From contig CAWCKY010000007.1 in the NCBI GenBank assembly GCA_963796275.1, forward strand, positions 576,001 through 640,000: a stretch of DNA of 64,000 nucleotides, written 5' to 3'. Source of the DNA: an uncultured Acidobacteriota bacterium (GTDB taxonomy: Bacteria > Acidobacteriota > Blastocatellia > RBC074). The notes under the pieces were generated by a model. It saw only the letters and a list, made by a program, of their open reading frames with translations, had not been told where the DNA came from and did no database searches. This document shows, one piece after another, positions 46,567-57,627 of the stretch. A program made the position numbers and the translations under genes. Position 1 is the stretch's first letter, and each line of letters begins with the position of its first letter.

Positions 46567-46612
46567 GGAGATACGGTGCTGGGGAAGCGAAAGGGAAGGC
46601 GAAAGGAGAGCT

Positions 46613-47773
46613 CTAACCCCCGACGTCATCCAGCTGTTTGACATCGATAATGAAGCCTGCTGCGGTCAGCGACTCACGCAGTCTATGTTCAACCTGCAAT
46701 CGATCCCGTTGCGCCTCGGCAAGCCGCCCGGAAGGGTTTGACTCTTCCAGACGACGAACACTATCGGGTTGAGGTGATGGCGGGCGGGGAGTTGTTTGAC
46801 CGGTGAATAATCGCTCGAGTTCCAGGCCCATGGCTTCCAGCGCATTATATGTGCCAATCGAGAACCGCTCGAACAGGTTGCCGCGCGATTTGGCCAGTTC
46901 GGATAAAATATCGATCGCCTCTCGTTCGACGCCGATCAGCCTCAAACGTTCGGCGTTCAGATTGACGATCTCTTCCGGCAATGGCCTGCCATCGCGAAGC
47001 CGGTAAAGAGCACAGGCTTCGTCGAGCAGATCGATCGATTTATCCGGTTGTTTGCGTCCGGCATATATGGTGCGGCTCTCGGAAATAGTGTGAGAAGCCT
47101 CGATAGCCGCGTCAGTGATGACGACGCAGTGATGCAACTCGAGGCGGGGGCGGCGAGCGCGTAAGACCTGCAACGTTTGATCGCGACCCATCTCGATTAT
47201 CTCTACCGGGTGAAACCTGCGTTCCAGCGCGGCGTCAGGTTGAATAAAGCGGAAGTACTCATCGCGCGTCGTGGCGCCGATGACCCGGATTTCGCCGCGC
47301 GACAAAGCAGGTTTGATCAGGTTGGCCGCATCGAGCGGCTGGCCGATTGCAACTCCCGCTCCGATCAAATTATGCATTTCATCGATAAAGAGAATGACAC
47401 GAGGATCGCGACTGGCTTCATCGATGACTCCCTGAAGGCGTTTCTCGTATTGTCCGCGGAATGTGGTGCCGGCGATGAGATCGAGATGTGAAAGCATCAC
47501 GACTCTCGATTCTTTGAGCGCAGACGGCACCCGGCCCTCTGCGATCCTCCGGGCAAACCCTTCAACGATCGCCGTTTTACCAACCCCAGCTTCTCCAACA
47601 AGCACAGGATTATTCTTCGATTGACGCAGCAGGATAGCAATAATTCGATCCGTCTCGGCATTGCGGCAGGTCACGGGTTCGAGCTCATCGCGTAGTGCGG
47701 CGTCTGTCAGGTCGCGCGTATATGACTCCAGCGCGCGCTTGTTTCCAGGTAAGAATTCTTCCAATTCGCTCAT
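46613..47773 (-). CDS. Single-NBD Clp/Hsp100-like AAA+ ATPase
   Basis: KNNPVLVGEAGVGKTAIVEG, ILFIDEMH, IGATT, DAALERRF, PDKSIDLLDEA; no N-domain and no NBD2. Confidence 0.85.
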   Translation of the reverse strand: MSELEEFLPGNKRALESYTRDLTDAALRDELEPVTCRNAETDRIIAILLRQSKNNPVLVGEAGVGKTAIVEGFARRIAEGRVPSALKESRVVMLSHLDLIAGTTFRGQYEKRLQGVIDEASRDPRVILFIDEMHNLIGAGVAIGQPLDAANLIKPALSRGEIRVIGATTRDEYFRFIQPDAALERRFHPVEIIEMGRDQTLQVLRARRPRLELHHCVVITDAAIEASHTISESRTIYAGRKQPDKSIDLLDEACALYRLRDGRPLPEEIVNLNAERLRLIGVEREAIDILSELAKSRGNLFERFSIGTYNALEAMGLELERLFTGQTTPRPPSPQPDSVRRLEESNPSGRLAEAQRDRLQVEHRLRESLTAAGFIIDVKQLDDVGG

Positions 47774-47986
47774 ATTATCCAGCAATCAGTTTCCGTCATT
47801 TATATTGGGGAACTGATAGTCAGATACAAACCGAGTCATTAATATGTCAATTATGTTAGTACGGACGACACCCGGAAACAATCCACGCGGATTCAAGTCT
47901 AAGATAATTGAATCTGACAATATCCGGTGCGGGTTGGGATCTCGTCTATCGCTGGTAGAAACAACTCATCGAGCAGGAGGTCAAAA

Positions 47987-48616
47987 ATGAATATGCATAG
48001 ACAATTGTGTTCGCTATCTCGCTTATTTGCGGCAATCTGTTGCGTCGCCGTAATGGCTTGGTTGTCGCATCCATCAGATGCGCAAACCTTATCGAAGGGT
48101 GGAAAGGACAAAGAAGTCTTTACCGGTACCATCTTCTACATGCCCGGGCCGACGGTAGGCGGCCCCGGCAGAACGAGGACTACTACTCAGACGTTTACGA
48201 TCACGCTCAATTGCACGACGCCGAGTGCAGATGTCAGCCGCCTGGCCGGCATCTTGAAATCGGATGGACAGGATGGGTTGTTGTCAGCCATCACTAAGGA
48301 AAAATGTGGAGTTATCCAGTTTGGGCCCAATGTCGGTCGCGACATCAATACGGTCAGCGTCACCACCACGGAGGAGGGAGAACGCAAGATCACCATGCTC
48401 TTCGAGCGCTGGCTGGAATTCTTCGAATTGCGCTATGGCACGAGGTCTCGTGACTACCCGTTCACTTATATCGAACTATTCGTCAATGATAAGGGGAAGG
48501 TCGAAGGGGCGATGATCCCAGCAGCCAGAATTCGATTTATAGGTGATAATTCGGTGGAGATTGAAAACTTTGCCGCGTTTCCCGCCCGCATAACGGGAGA
48601 GCAACGGAACAGATGA
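47987..48616 (+). CDS. Secreted hypothetical protein
   Basis: AGGAGG SD, signal peptide, beta-rich body (RSRDYPFTYIEL). Confidence 0.75.
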   Translation: MNMHRQLCSLSRLFAAICCVAVMAWLSHPSDAQTLSKGGKDKEVFTGTIFYMPGPTVGGPGRTRTTTQTFTITLNCTTPSADVSRLAGILKSDGQDGLLSAITKEKCGVIQFGPNVGRDINTVSVTTTEEGERKITMLFERWLEFFELRYGTRSRDYPFTYIELFVNDKGKVEGAMIPAARIRFIGDNSVEIENFAAFPARITGEQRNR

Positions 48617-48621
48617 AAGAG

Positions 48622-48698
48622 GAATTGATAGTGGATAATTGATAATTCGTAAATACCGTGGCAACAGTCTATATCAACTATCAACTATCAACTATCCA
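48622..48698. repeat. Heptamer-arm hairpin between convergent genes
   Basis: GAATTGA-TAGTGGA-TAATTGA … (TATCAAC)3-TATCCA. Confidence 0.6.
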
Positions 48699-51085
48699 GT
48701 GACCAGCATCAACTGCAATTGCGACTGCAGCTTCTGCATCTCTTTGGCAATCTCGGCGAAGCCTTCTACGTTGCGGACGGGTGCGAACATCGGATCGGAT
48801 ATCAGGAAGGGATGATTGGCGTAGCCTGTTTTGATCGCTCCGCGAAGCATCTCCAGGCAGCTCGCGGTATCGCCCAGCTGGGCAAAAATCTGGGCGAACA
48901 GGTAATAGTGATAACTGGCGAATTGAATGCGCGACGCCAGTATCTCGTCGAGAATTTGCTTGCCTTTTACTTTTTCGCCTTTGAGCGCGCACAACAAAGC
49001 GTCGATCATCGAATGGAAAAGCCCGCTGCCCGTTTTGCCTGATAACGCCTCGAGCCGTCTGATCGCATCTTCACTTTTGCCTTCGACGAAATCTATAACA
49101 GAGAGCCAGTATGGGACTTCATTCTCAGCGCTGGGTCGACCTTCGAGTTCACGGCGCGCCTCGGCTAGCTTACCTTTCTGATAATAGATGAACCCGATCA
49201 TATATGTGTATGTCACCGGATTGATCTCGGCAGCTTTCTGGAAGAGAGTCAGGGCTATATCCGGCAACCCCGCGTAATCGTAGGCATGTCCCATCGCCTG
49301 GTATGCATACTCGCTGTTCGGCGCAACCTGTATCAGCTGTTTGCATATTCCCAGGGCATTTTTCAGATCGCCCCTTTCTCCATAATAGACGGCGAGCCAG
49401 AACAATGCGGATGGTAATTGCTGGTTGAGTTCGAGCGCTTTGCGGGCGGCCGCTTCCGCCTTGGCCAGCATCGATTCATCGCGCAAATAACCGCGAGCGT
49501 TGATGTATCGGCCGGCGAGGGCTGCCCATGCGGGAGCGTATGAAGGATCGATCCCGACGGAAGCCTCGAACATCTCCACACCCTGCCGGTGTTCTTCCGT
49601 AGTATTCCCGAAAGCAAGGCCGCGAAGATAGAACTCATATGCCATCGGATTGCGGGCCTCGTCGCGCTTGATAGCTTCCTGTTCCCCGGTGGTAATGTTG
49701 AGGCGCAAGCCGCGGATAAGCTCTTCGCATATCCGGTCCTGAAGCGAGATGACGTTGTCGTATTTCAGGTCGATGCGTTCCTGCCACAGGATTTCATTCT
49801 GCGACACATCGATCAATTGGACGTTGACGCGAAAATTATCGAGTGATTTCAGGTAACTGCCCGAAAGTATGGTATCCACCTGCAACTCGCGCCCGACATT
49901 CCGCGGGTCTATCGGTTGATTGCGGTATTTTTCAACAGCCGTTGACGGACGAACAATAAGCGATTTAATGGGAGCCAGGTTGGTGATAACGCTATCGGCC
50001 AGCGCGAAACCCAGAAACTCAATTTCGCCATCGCCCGTCAAATTGCGAAGAGGCAGGATCGCCAGCCGGCGGCGGAGAGATTTTGATACCCGGGCGGGGT
50101 GTGTCGCGGCCGCGGCGGTAGTGTTTGACTCGGTCGTTCCGCCCGTCTTTTCATCGTCCAATTGTGTGTCATATGCGCTCGGGTCCTCAAAGGCCGTCCG
50201 CAGCGCAAGCGCAAATTCGTGAGCCGAAGAGAAGCGCAGATCGCGATCTTTCGCCAGCGATTTCATGACGACGAACTCGATGGCCGGCGTTATTTCGCCG
50301 CGAAATTCGCTCATCAACGGTGGATTCGAATTTATCTGGTGCACCAGCATCGCGGGCGAAGAGGCTTTCCCGAACGGCGTCGCACCCGTGAGCATCTCGT
50401 AGAGAACGATGCCCAGGGAATAGATATCGGAGCGCGCATCCAGTTCGAGCCCCATGCTCTGCTCGGGCGACATATAAGCGGGAGATCCAATGATGTTCGC
50501 CCCCGTCAGGTTGATATCACTCTCCTCGGTCTGCGCCTCGCGGATTTTGGCCACCCCGAAGTCCAGGACTTTGGCCGTGCATTCGCCATTATGTTGTTCT
50601 TCTATAATGATATTATCCGGTTTTAGGTCGCGATGGATGATTCCGGCGATGTGCGCGGCCGAGACCGCAGAGCATACCTGTTCGATTAATTCGACCGCGC
50701 GTTCGATAGCCATCGGACCCCGCCGCAGTACCTGGCGCAGTCCCTGTCCGCGCAAATACTCCATGACTATGTACGGGCCGTAATCGCTGATGCCGTAATC
50801 ATAAACCTGAATAATATTAGGATGTTGAAGGGAAGCTACGGAACGCGCCTCGCGACGGAAACGCTCTTGAACCTTGTCGTCGCGGCTGAGCGTGGGTAGC
50901 AGCATCTTAATGGCTACCGCGCGATCGAGCCCGAGTTGTGTTGCTTCAAAGACAGCTCCCATGCCCCCGCGACTGATCAACCGTTCGATACGGTAGCGAT
51001 CGGCAAGTACTGTGCCGGCATTCAAACCGTACCATGACGTCTCGCGCGGGTGCCCTTCGGGGTTTGTAGATAAGGATTCTGTCAT
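48692..51085 (-). CDS. Hanks-type Ser/Thr kinase with TolB-N-like and TPR domains
   Basis: GGMGAVF, VAIK, HRDLKPDN, DFG, YMSPEQ; LAILPLRN; TPR repeats. Confidence 0.95.
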   Translation of the reverse strand: MTESLSTNPEGHPRETSWYGLNAGTVLADRYRIERLISRGGMGAVFEATQLGLDRAVAIKMLLPTLSRDDKVQERFRREARSVASLQHPNIIQVYDYGISDYGPYIVMEYLRGQGLRQVLRRGPMAIERAVELIEQVCSAVSAAHIAGIIHRDLKPDNIIIEEQHNGECTAKVLDFGVAKIREAQTEESDINLTGANIIGSPAYMSPEQSMGLELDARSDIYSLGIVLYEMLTGATPFGKASSPAMLVHQINSNPPLMSEFRGEITPAIEFVVMKSLAKDRDLRFSSAHEFALALRTAFEDPSAYDTQLDDEKTGGTTESNTTAAAATHPARVSKSLRRRLAILPLRNLTGDGEIEFLGFALADSVITNLAPIKSLIVRPSTAVEKYRNQPIDPRNVGRELQVDTILSGSYLKSLDNFRVNVQLIDVSQNEILWQERIDLKYDNVISLQDRICEELIRGLRLNITTGEQEAIKRDEARNPMAYEFYLRGLAFGNTTEEHRQGVEMFEASVGIDPSYAPAWAALAGRYINARGYLRDESMLAKAEAAARKALELNQQLPSALFWLAVYYGERGDLKNALGICKQLIQVAPNSEYAYQAMGHAYDYAGLPDIALTLFQKAAEINPVTYTYMIGFIYYQKGKLAEARRELEGRPSAENEVPYWLSVIDFVEGKSEDAIRRLEALSGKTGSGLFHSMIDALLCALKGEKVKGKQILDEILASRIQFASYHYYLFAQIFAQLGDTASCLEMLRGAIKTGYANHPFLISDPMFAPVRNVEGFAEIAKEMQKLQSQLQLMLVTG

Positions 51086-51166
51086 GGTTAACTCTCGGGG
51101 TATATATCAACTACAGGTACGGATGTTGCGCCTAAATGGTTTCCTGTGAAATTAATTTCGATCGGC

Positions 51167-52318
51167 TTAGTTATTCTTTTTCCGAAATCTCATGGCGCTG
51201 ACTGTGATCATGAAACCACTCATTAATGTCAAAATCAATCCTTGCTTCCAGAGATCGCCCAGATTCGCCCCGCGCAGGATGATCCCACGGAAAATTTCGA
51301 TCAGATAGGTGGTCGGGATTATGCTGCTGATCCATTGAAAAACCTGAGGCATCGTCTCTATGGGAAAAATATAACCTGAAAGAAAGATCGACGGCATCAT
51401 GGTCCCGAAGGCAGCCTGCGTGGCTTCCTGATAAGACTGCGCGCGCGTAGAGATGAGGAGTCCGAACCCGAGCATAGTCAGAATGAAAGGGGTGACCAGC
51501 AGCATCAGCAGTAAAATATTGCCCTTTATCGGGACACCGAAAGCCCATCGCATGAGCACCAGCAGGATGCAAATTTCAGTATAAGCTACCACCGCATAGG
51601 GGACGATCTTGCCTAGCATCAAGCCGAGCGGTTTGATCGGTGTCATATAAAGTTGTTCGAGAGTCCCCCGTTCGCGCTCACGCACGATCGCGATAGCAGT
51701 CAGCAGCACAGTCATCATCTGCATAAGGACGGCGATCATTCCGGGAATTAGAAAATTGGCCGACCTCGAATCGGGGTTGAAGAGAATCTTGGGCCGGGCT
51801 TCGACCGGAAGTTGCTGCCCGGTCACCGAGACGCTCAGGGCGCGCTCCAGCGATTCCCGGAGTACGATGGCGTTCGCCACGTTCAATGCCTCGCCCGCGA
51901 CGGAAGATTCCGACCCGTCGACCAGAACCAGCACCTCTGCCGTTTCGCCTGCCAGCAGCTGGCGCGAATAGTCGGGCGGGATCTTTATGCCCACGCGCGC
52001 GCGGCCGGCGATGATCTCACGGTTGAGCTCTTCATCGGAATAAACGCTCTTGACGATCTTGAAATCGTCCGAGTTTACGAATCGGTCGAGTAATCGGCGG
52101 CTCTCCTGCGTCTTCGCTCCATCGTAGATCACCGTCCGTATATCGCGGACGTTCGTGTTGATCGCGTATCCGATCATGAATAGCTGCACCATCGGTATTA
52201 AAACGGTGAAGAAGAGCGCCATCGGGTCGCGGCGAATATGGATCGCTTCCTTGCGCAGGATGGGGATCAAGCCGGTAAACGGATTCGATCGCTGACTGGG
52301 AGATGCGGAATTGAGCAT
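51167..52318 (-). CDS. ABC-2 permease (YbhR/YbhS-like)
   Basis: [34 protein letters not shown]. Confidence 0.92.
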   Translation of the reverse strand: MLNSASPSQRSNPFTGLIPILRKEAIHIRRDPMALFFTVLIPMVQLFMIGYAINTNVRDIRTVIYDGAKTQESRRLLDRFVNSDDFKIVKSVYSDEELNREIIAGRARVGIKIPPDYSRQLLAGETAEVLVLVDGSESSVAGEALNVANAIVLRESLERALSVSVTGQQLPVEARPKILFNPDSRSANFLIPGMIAVLMQMMTVLLTAIAIVRERERGTLEQLYMTPIKPLGLMLGKIVPYAVVAYTEICILLVLMRWAFGVPIKGNILLLMLLVTPFILTMLGFGLLISTRAQSYQEATQAAFGTMMPSIFLSGYIFPIETMPQVFQWISSIIPTTYLIEIFRGIILRGANLGDLWKQGLILTLMSGFMITVSAMRFRKKNN

Positions 52319-52413
52319 GAATAAAAATGATTCACCGCAAACAATATAAAAATACAAAATACACGAAGCGCGCATCATTTTTGTGCCTTTTGTACTTAGG
52401 TGTCATTTGTGAA

Positions 52414-53352
52414 TCAGGCCTCATTTAATGAATTTGTCAATGTCACGAATACGTCTTCGAGCGAAGGTGTAATCGGCCTCAATTCGACTTCGGTATATCC
52501 TTCATGCGCCAGGTCGGCTCGGATCTGATCGAGGCCGATACTTTCGTCCATCAATAAATGGATACCCTGACCGAAGATCGTCGAGCTGAAGACATACGGA
52601 AATCGCTTGACTACAGCCAGCGCGCTCGACGTGTGTTTTGTATCGATCTCGATGCGTTTGGTGCCTGGCGGAGAGACTTGAGGAATCTCCTTCAAGTCGT
52701 CAGGTGTACCATACGCGATGAGCTTTGACATATAAATATAACCGACTCGCCCGCACCGTTCGGCTTCGTCCATATAATGGGTCGTGACGAAGAAAGTGAC
52801 GCCCTGACCCGAGAGCTCGAACAGCAGGTCCCACAGATCGCGCCGCGCAACCGGATCGATGCCTGCGGTCGGCTCGTCGAGAAACATCAGGCGCGGTTCG
52901 TGTATGAAAGCGCAGGCGAGCGCCAGGCGTTGTTTCCATCCGCCTGAAAGTTTCCCCGCGCGGCGATTGAGATACGGCTCGAGGCGCGTCAACTCGATGA
53001 CCTCGTTCTTCCGGCGCCTCAAGTAGTCCCCGGCCAGCCCATAAACGCCGGCGTAAAATTCGATGTTCTCTATGACGGTCAGGTCCTCATAGAGACTGAA
53101 TTTCTGCGACATGTAGCCGACGCGCCGGCGAATCTCTTCGGATTGCGTGACACAATCATAGCCCAGGACTCGGCCTTTTCCTTCCGCGGGAGTGATCAGG
53201 CCGCAGAGGGCTTTGATGAGGGTCGTTTTCCCCGATCCGTTGGGGCCGAGGAATCCGAAAATTTCGCCGCTCTCCACCGAAAGTGTCACGTGATCGACCG
53301 CTGTGAAGGTTCCGAATCGTATCGTTATGTCTTCCGTTGTTATTGCCGCCAT
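52414..53352 (-). CDS. ABC exporter ATP-binding protein
   Basis: [25 protein letters not shown]. Confidence 0.95.
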   Translation of the reverse strand: MAAITTEDITIRFGTFTAVDHVTLSVESGEIFGFLGPNGSGKTTLIKALCGLITPAEGKGRVLGYDCVTQSEEIRRRVGYMSQKFSLYEDLTVIENIEFYAGVYGLAGDYLRRRKNEVIELTRLEPYLNRRAGKLSGGWKQRLALACAFIHEPRLMFLDEPTAGIDPVARRDLWDLLFELSGQGVTFFVTTHYMDEAERCGRVGYIYMSKLIAYGTPDDLKEIPQVSPPGTKRIEIDTKHTSSALAVVKRFPYVFSSTIFGQGIHLLMDESIGLDQIRADLAHEGYTEVELRPITPSLEDVFVTLTNSLNEA

Positions 53353-54506
53353 CAGTCCTGTCTCAATATCGTGACATCCGCAGCCATCCCCGGCTTCAAC
53401 TTGCCCTCACGGTTATCGATACGAACCTTTACGCCGAAGACCTGATGAGCGCGCTCATCACGGCTTTGTATATTGCGGGGAGTGAATTCGCCCTCGGAGT
53501 TTATCTGCTCGATAGTTCCGTCGACCGGATCTTTGGGAAATGTATCGACCACTATTTTCGCGCGCTGCCCGACCTTGACCAGACCCAGTTGCGGCTCGGG
53601 TATGTATATCCGGACCCATATCTGGTCGCGCTCGAGCAGCTTGGCCACGGGTTGGTTGGGCGTCAGCAGGTCTCCCGGACGGACCGAGACCACTTCCACG
53701 ATTGAATTAACCGGAGCATCTACCACGCCCTCGGCCAATTGGACTTTGATCTGTTCGACTCGCGCCGCCGCTTCGTTTAGTTGAGCGCGCGCATCGGCGA
53801 TCTCTTCCGAGCGCGGGCCGGCAAGCACCAGGTTTTCAGCCTCCTGAGCCTGCTTGAATCGTTCTTCGGCTGCGCGGATATCCTCTTTACGGCTCCCGCT
53901 GAGCAGCAGACGCAGGCGCTCTTTCTCGGATTCTTGGCGCGCGCGCAGGTTTTCATAACGGAATTTAGCGGCGTCGAATTCCTGTTTCGAGATGTCGCCG
54001 GTCTCACGCAATCTCTCCATGCGTTTAAATTCGGCCTCCGCGCTGTTTACGTCAGCTCGGGCCGCCTCGACCGATGCGCGGGCCTGTGCGATCTCTTCCG
54101 GCCGGGGACCGTTGCGCACAGCCTCGAGGGTAGCGCGGGCCGTCTCAGTCGCCGCACGCGCCTGTGCCTTCTCTTCCGGACGCGCGCCCCGTTCGAGCCT
54201 TAGTAGCCGCGCGCGCTGCTGATCGACGCGAGCCTGCGCCTGCGAGAGCTGAGTCTGTAACTCCGCCATATCAAACTTCACCAGCGGTTGCCCGGCTTTC
54301 ACCTCTTGACCTTCAAGAACCAGGACTTCGAGCACTCGCCCTCCCACCTTTGAGCCCACCCGAATCTCGCGCGTCTCGATCGTACCCGAAAAGATCAGGT
54401 CGTCCTTCTTTTTGAAGATGAGGCCCGTATTGCCGCAGCCGAGATGGAAAAATGTTACGAAAATTATAGCTAGGGCGAGGGTATGTTTGATCTCCTGCTT
54501 TCTCAT
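53352..54506 (-). CDS. HlyD/YbhG-like membrane fusion protein
   Basis: SKVGGRV lipoyl half-motifs, long coiled coil, [17 protein letters not shown]. Confidence 0.92.
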   Translation of the reverse strand: MRKQEIKHTLALAIIFVTFFHLGCGNTGLIFKKKDDLIFSGTIETREIRVGSKVGGRVLEVLVLEGQEVKAGQPLVKFDMAELQTQLSQAQARVDQQRARLLRLERGARPEEKAQARAATETARATLEAVRNGPRPEEIAQARASVEAARADVNSAEAEFKRMERLRETGDISKQEFDAAKFRYENLRARQESEKERLRLLLSGSRKEDIRAAEERFKQAQEAENLVLAGPRSEEIADARAQLNEAAARVEQIKVQLAEGVVDAPVNSIVEVVSVRPGDLLTPNQPVAKLLERDQIWVRIYIPEPQLGLVKVGQRAKIVVDTFPKDPVDGTIEQINSEGEFTPRNIQSRDERAHQVFGVKVRIDNREGKLKPGMAADVTILRQD

Positions 54507-54560
54507 TCATCTCTCCCGTCACTCCATCCGAAACAATTCATGTATCACTTCCGATGGATG

Positions 54561-54578
54561 TAAGTAAGTGCTTACTTA
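54561..54578. promoter_or_regulatory. Palindromic operator candidate (TetR-like) upstream of the efflux operon
   Basis: TAAGTAAG-TG-CTTACTTA, a perfect 8-bp inverted repeat 55 bp upstream of the HlyD start. Confidence 0.6.
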
Positions 54579-54619
54579 TATAGCACGTGAATCTGCGAGG
54601 CGCAAGAAGCGTGGCAGGG

Positions 54620-54963
54620 CATTTATCATTTATCATTTTCGATTTTCGATTTTAGATTGGTTGTCATCGGCACACTGCAATTCTTCAAATGACAAATGAT
54701 AAATGAACAATGAATCGTTCATTTATCATTTCCGATTTTAGATTTTAGATTTGTTGTCATCGGCACACCGCACACTTCTTCAAATGACAAATGACAAATG
54801 ACAAATGACAAATGACAAATGACAAATGACAAATGACAAATGACAAATGAACAATGAATCGTTCATTTATCATTTTAGATTTTCGATTTTAGATTGGTAG
54901 TCATCGGCACACTGCACACTTCTTCAAATGACAAATGAACTGAACAATGAACAATGAACAATG
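54620..54963. repeat. Three heptamer-arm units including (CAAATGA)10
   Basis: Core GTCATCGGCACAC x3, flanked by CATTTAT/GATTTTM and CAAATGA/ACAATGA heptamers; 10 perfect CAAATGA at 54781-54850. Confidence 0.9.
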
Positions 54964-55342
54964 TTATGGACCATCCGTGATCGTGACGACCCGTTTAGCC
55001 GGTAAGGCGGTCGCAACAGCTGCGAAAGGAAGGCGCAGGTGCGCGAAGGTCACAGGCAGGTTAATGGCACAGAATTTCTCGAGGCATCGCCCGACTAACA
55101 GGTTGGGCCAGAAGACCGAACTCGCCATCCGCTCCATATCCCGCCAATCCAGCCCAGCCACCAATGCCGCGCCGATCAGGCTTGCCGGCGCTCGTGCCTG
55201 CGATGACGGATGGCTGAATTCCCAGTTCGTTCAATGTTTTGATGACCCCGATATGCGCTAAACCGCGGACGGAGCCACCGCTCAGAGCCAATCCGATTCT
55301 GGGATTCCGCATTCCCAGAATCGGACGATCGGACGCTGACAT
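54964..55342 (-). pseudogene. Patatin-like phospholipase remnant
   Basis: [16 protein letters not shown] and GTSAG, frameshift at 55182-55183 continuing [10 protein letters not shown]…, then stop at the repeat array; catalytic Asp half missing. Confidence 0.85.
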
Positions 55343-55479
55343 AATTTCCTCCATCTCACTACGTCTAAATCTTTCATACACTTAGCATAAAGTATGATGT
55401 GGCACGCCGATTGGTTATTGAATTAATTGACCCCCCTGGCGAACCGCTATCGGGTGTTTTTCAGAATATGAGGTATACG

Positions 55480-56712
55480 ATGATCAGTACTGGAATAGTA
55501 AGGCCCGATCTTAAGCGCTTTCCGCAACAACCGCACGCATCTGCCTCATCTGTGACTAAGGGGCGAACTTTGATCGCCGATGATCAGCCGGACGTGCTCG
55601 CAGCTCTACATCTTTTGCTGAAGGGCGAGGGATATCAAACCGAAACCGTAACCTCGCCGGCAGCGGCTATCGAGGCGATCGAACAGCGCAACTTCGATCT
55701 TGTGCTGATGGATTTGAATTACGCGCGCGACACGACATCGGGACACGAGGGGTTAGATCTGCTGGCGAGGATTCACGAAATCGACTGCACATTGCCGGTT
55801 GTTGTGATGACCGCATGGGGAAGCATCGAGCTGGCCGTCGAGGCGATCCGGGGTGGCAGCGCTGATTTCATTCAGAAACCCTGGGACAATTCGCATCTCC
55901 TCGACGTCGTCCGGAGGCAACTCGAGCGAGGGCGGGAACTGCGGCAAAAAAGAGATCTCGAGTTTGCGCGCGAGCTGGCGCGGACCAGAGAGATGGAGGA
56001 AGCGCGCAACATTCAGCAGCGGCTGTTACCTCGAGAAATTTCGCAAATCAAAGGATGCGATGTCTCCGCGCTCTGGTTGCCGGCGTGCGAGGTAAGCGGC
56101 GACTATTTCGATGTCCTCAAATTCAGCGACCGCACCGCCGCGCTCTGCATCGCCGATGTCATGGGGAAGGGCATGCCGGCCGCTCTGCTGATGTCGAACA
56201 TACAGGCGGCGGTCAAATCACTCGCCTCAACCGGCAGCGCGGTCAACAGCCTTACCGATCAGGTCAATCGTCTGGTTTGTGACAACGTGGATGAGGGCAA
56301 GTTCATCACGTTCTTCTACTGCGTTGTCGATATGTCAGCTGGCAGGCTCTTCTATACAAACGCCGGGCACCATGCGCCGATATTGGTGCGGCGCGATGGA
56401 GAGATCGTCCGGCTGACGGAGGGGGGACCGGTCTTGGGGCTGATTTCCGATTATGTTTATGAGGTGGATCAGGTCGAATTGAGGCCGGGAGATCGTCTGG
56501 CTCTCTTCACCGACGGACTGACGGAAGCGCGGGATGTCGATGATGAGGAGTTCGGCGAAGAGCGCTTGATGTCGATCCTGCGTTCCAGCCGGGAACTTAG
56601 TTCGGGGAACATCCAGGGGATTATTGTGAAGGCCGTGGATGATTTCAGTCAGGGCGAGATGAGCGATGATACGACACTGATCGTCCTCGCAATTGACGGG
56701 TTGGAGCCATGA
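55480..56712 (+). CDS. Response regulator receiver + PP2C/SpoIIE phosphatase (RsbU/RsbP-like)
   Basis: IADDQ…MDLNY…QKPW; VSGDYFD, ADVMGKG, NAGH, FTDG, DDTT; start uncertain. Confidence 0.92.
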   Translation: MISTGIVRPDLKRFPQQPHASASSVTKGRTLIADDQPDVLAALHLLLKGEGYQTETVTSPAAAIEAIEQRNFDLVLMDLNYARDTTSGHEGLDLLARIHEIDCTLPVVVMTAWGSIELAVEAIRGGSADFIQKPWDNSHLLDVVRRQLERGRELRQKRDLEFARELARTREMEEARNIQQRLLPREISQIKGCDVSALWLPACEVSGDYFDVLKFSDRTAALCIADVMGKGMPAALLMSNIQAAVKSLASTGSAVNSLTDQVNRLVCDNVDEGKFITFFYCVVDMSAGRLFYTNAGHHAPILVRRDGEIVRLTEGGPVLGLISDYVYEVDQVELRPGDRLALFTDGLTEARDVDDEEFGEERLMSILRSSRELSSGNIQGIIVKAVDDFSQGEMSDDTTLIVLAIDGLEP

Positions 56713-56724
56713 ACAGGGGAGATT

Positions 56725-57468
56725 ATGCAAACGATATTTCAGGATTTGCGCTATGGAATGCGGATGCTGCTGAAGAACCCGGGATTCGCGATTGTCGCCG
56801 TCATCACAACCCCGAGCAATCGAGCGAATGGCGCGAGATAGTGGGAGTGGCCGGGCGATGTTCGTTACAATGGCATGGACGACAGCGGTGCGGTGACCGT
56901 CTATACGCCATTCGCACAAAACCCATTTCTCTGGACCTATCTCTTGATCCGCACCGAAGGCTTATCTGAAACATAGACGCAGAGCGTGCGTTAGGCCGTC
57001 AGCTCGGTCGATGCGACAGTCGAAACGGGGAGCTTTCAAACGATGGACCAGCTGATCTCGCGTTCGGTCGCACAGCCGAGATTTTATACGATACTTCTCG
57101 GCGCATTCGCATTCCTGGCGCTGATCTTGGCGGCTGTTGGCATCTATGGCGTGATGGCATACGCAGTGGCGCAGCGAACGCACGAAATAGGTGTGCGGAT
57201 GGCGTTGGGAGCGAGCCGCGGCGATGTGCTCAGAATGGTGATCAAGCGAGGAATGATATTGGCTTTAGCCGGCGTCGCGCTCGGTTTACTGGTGGCATTC
57301 GGATTGACCCGTCTCATGGGCAATCTGCTTTTTGGCGTCGGAGCGACAGACCCGATGACGTTTGCCGTTATATCGATGATGCTGATCGGGGTTGCGCTGC
57401 TGGCTTGTTTCATTCCGGCGTGCCGGGCGACTAATGTAGATCCGATAGTTTCTCTGCGTTACGAATAA
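56725..57468 (+). pseudogene. Internally deleted ADOP permease remnant
   Basis: [28 protein letters not shown] jumps to WREIVGVAG; frameshifts and in-frame TAG stops; intact C-terminal FtsX domain (EIGVRMALGA…DPIVSLRYE). Confidence 0.85.
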
Positions 57469-57486
57469 TTGAGCGAAAACGCGCTC

Positions 57487-57586
57487 GGAGTTCCGCCTTC
57501 AGGCGGTCAGAAATCATGCGAAAAGAAAAGACCGCGTAAACGCGGAACTCCAAACGCGATAGTTCGGAGTTTCGCCTTCAAGCGGT
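57487..57586. repeat. REP-like unit (reverse complement of the 8563-8787 unit) plus a partial copy
   Basis: GGAGTTCCGCCTTCAGGCGG…AAATCATGCGAAAAGAAAAGACCGCGTAAACGCGGAACTCC. Confidence 0.9.
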
Positions 57587-57627
57587 AATGGTACTCCCGA
57601 CCATTTCCAGGGAGAGAGCAATATAGA

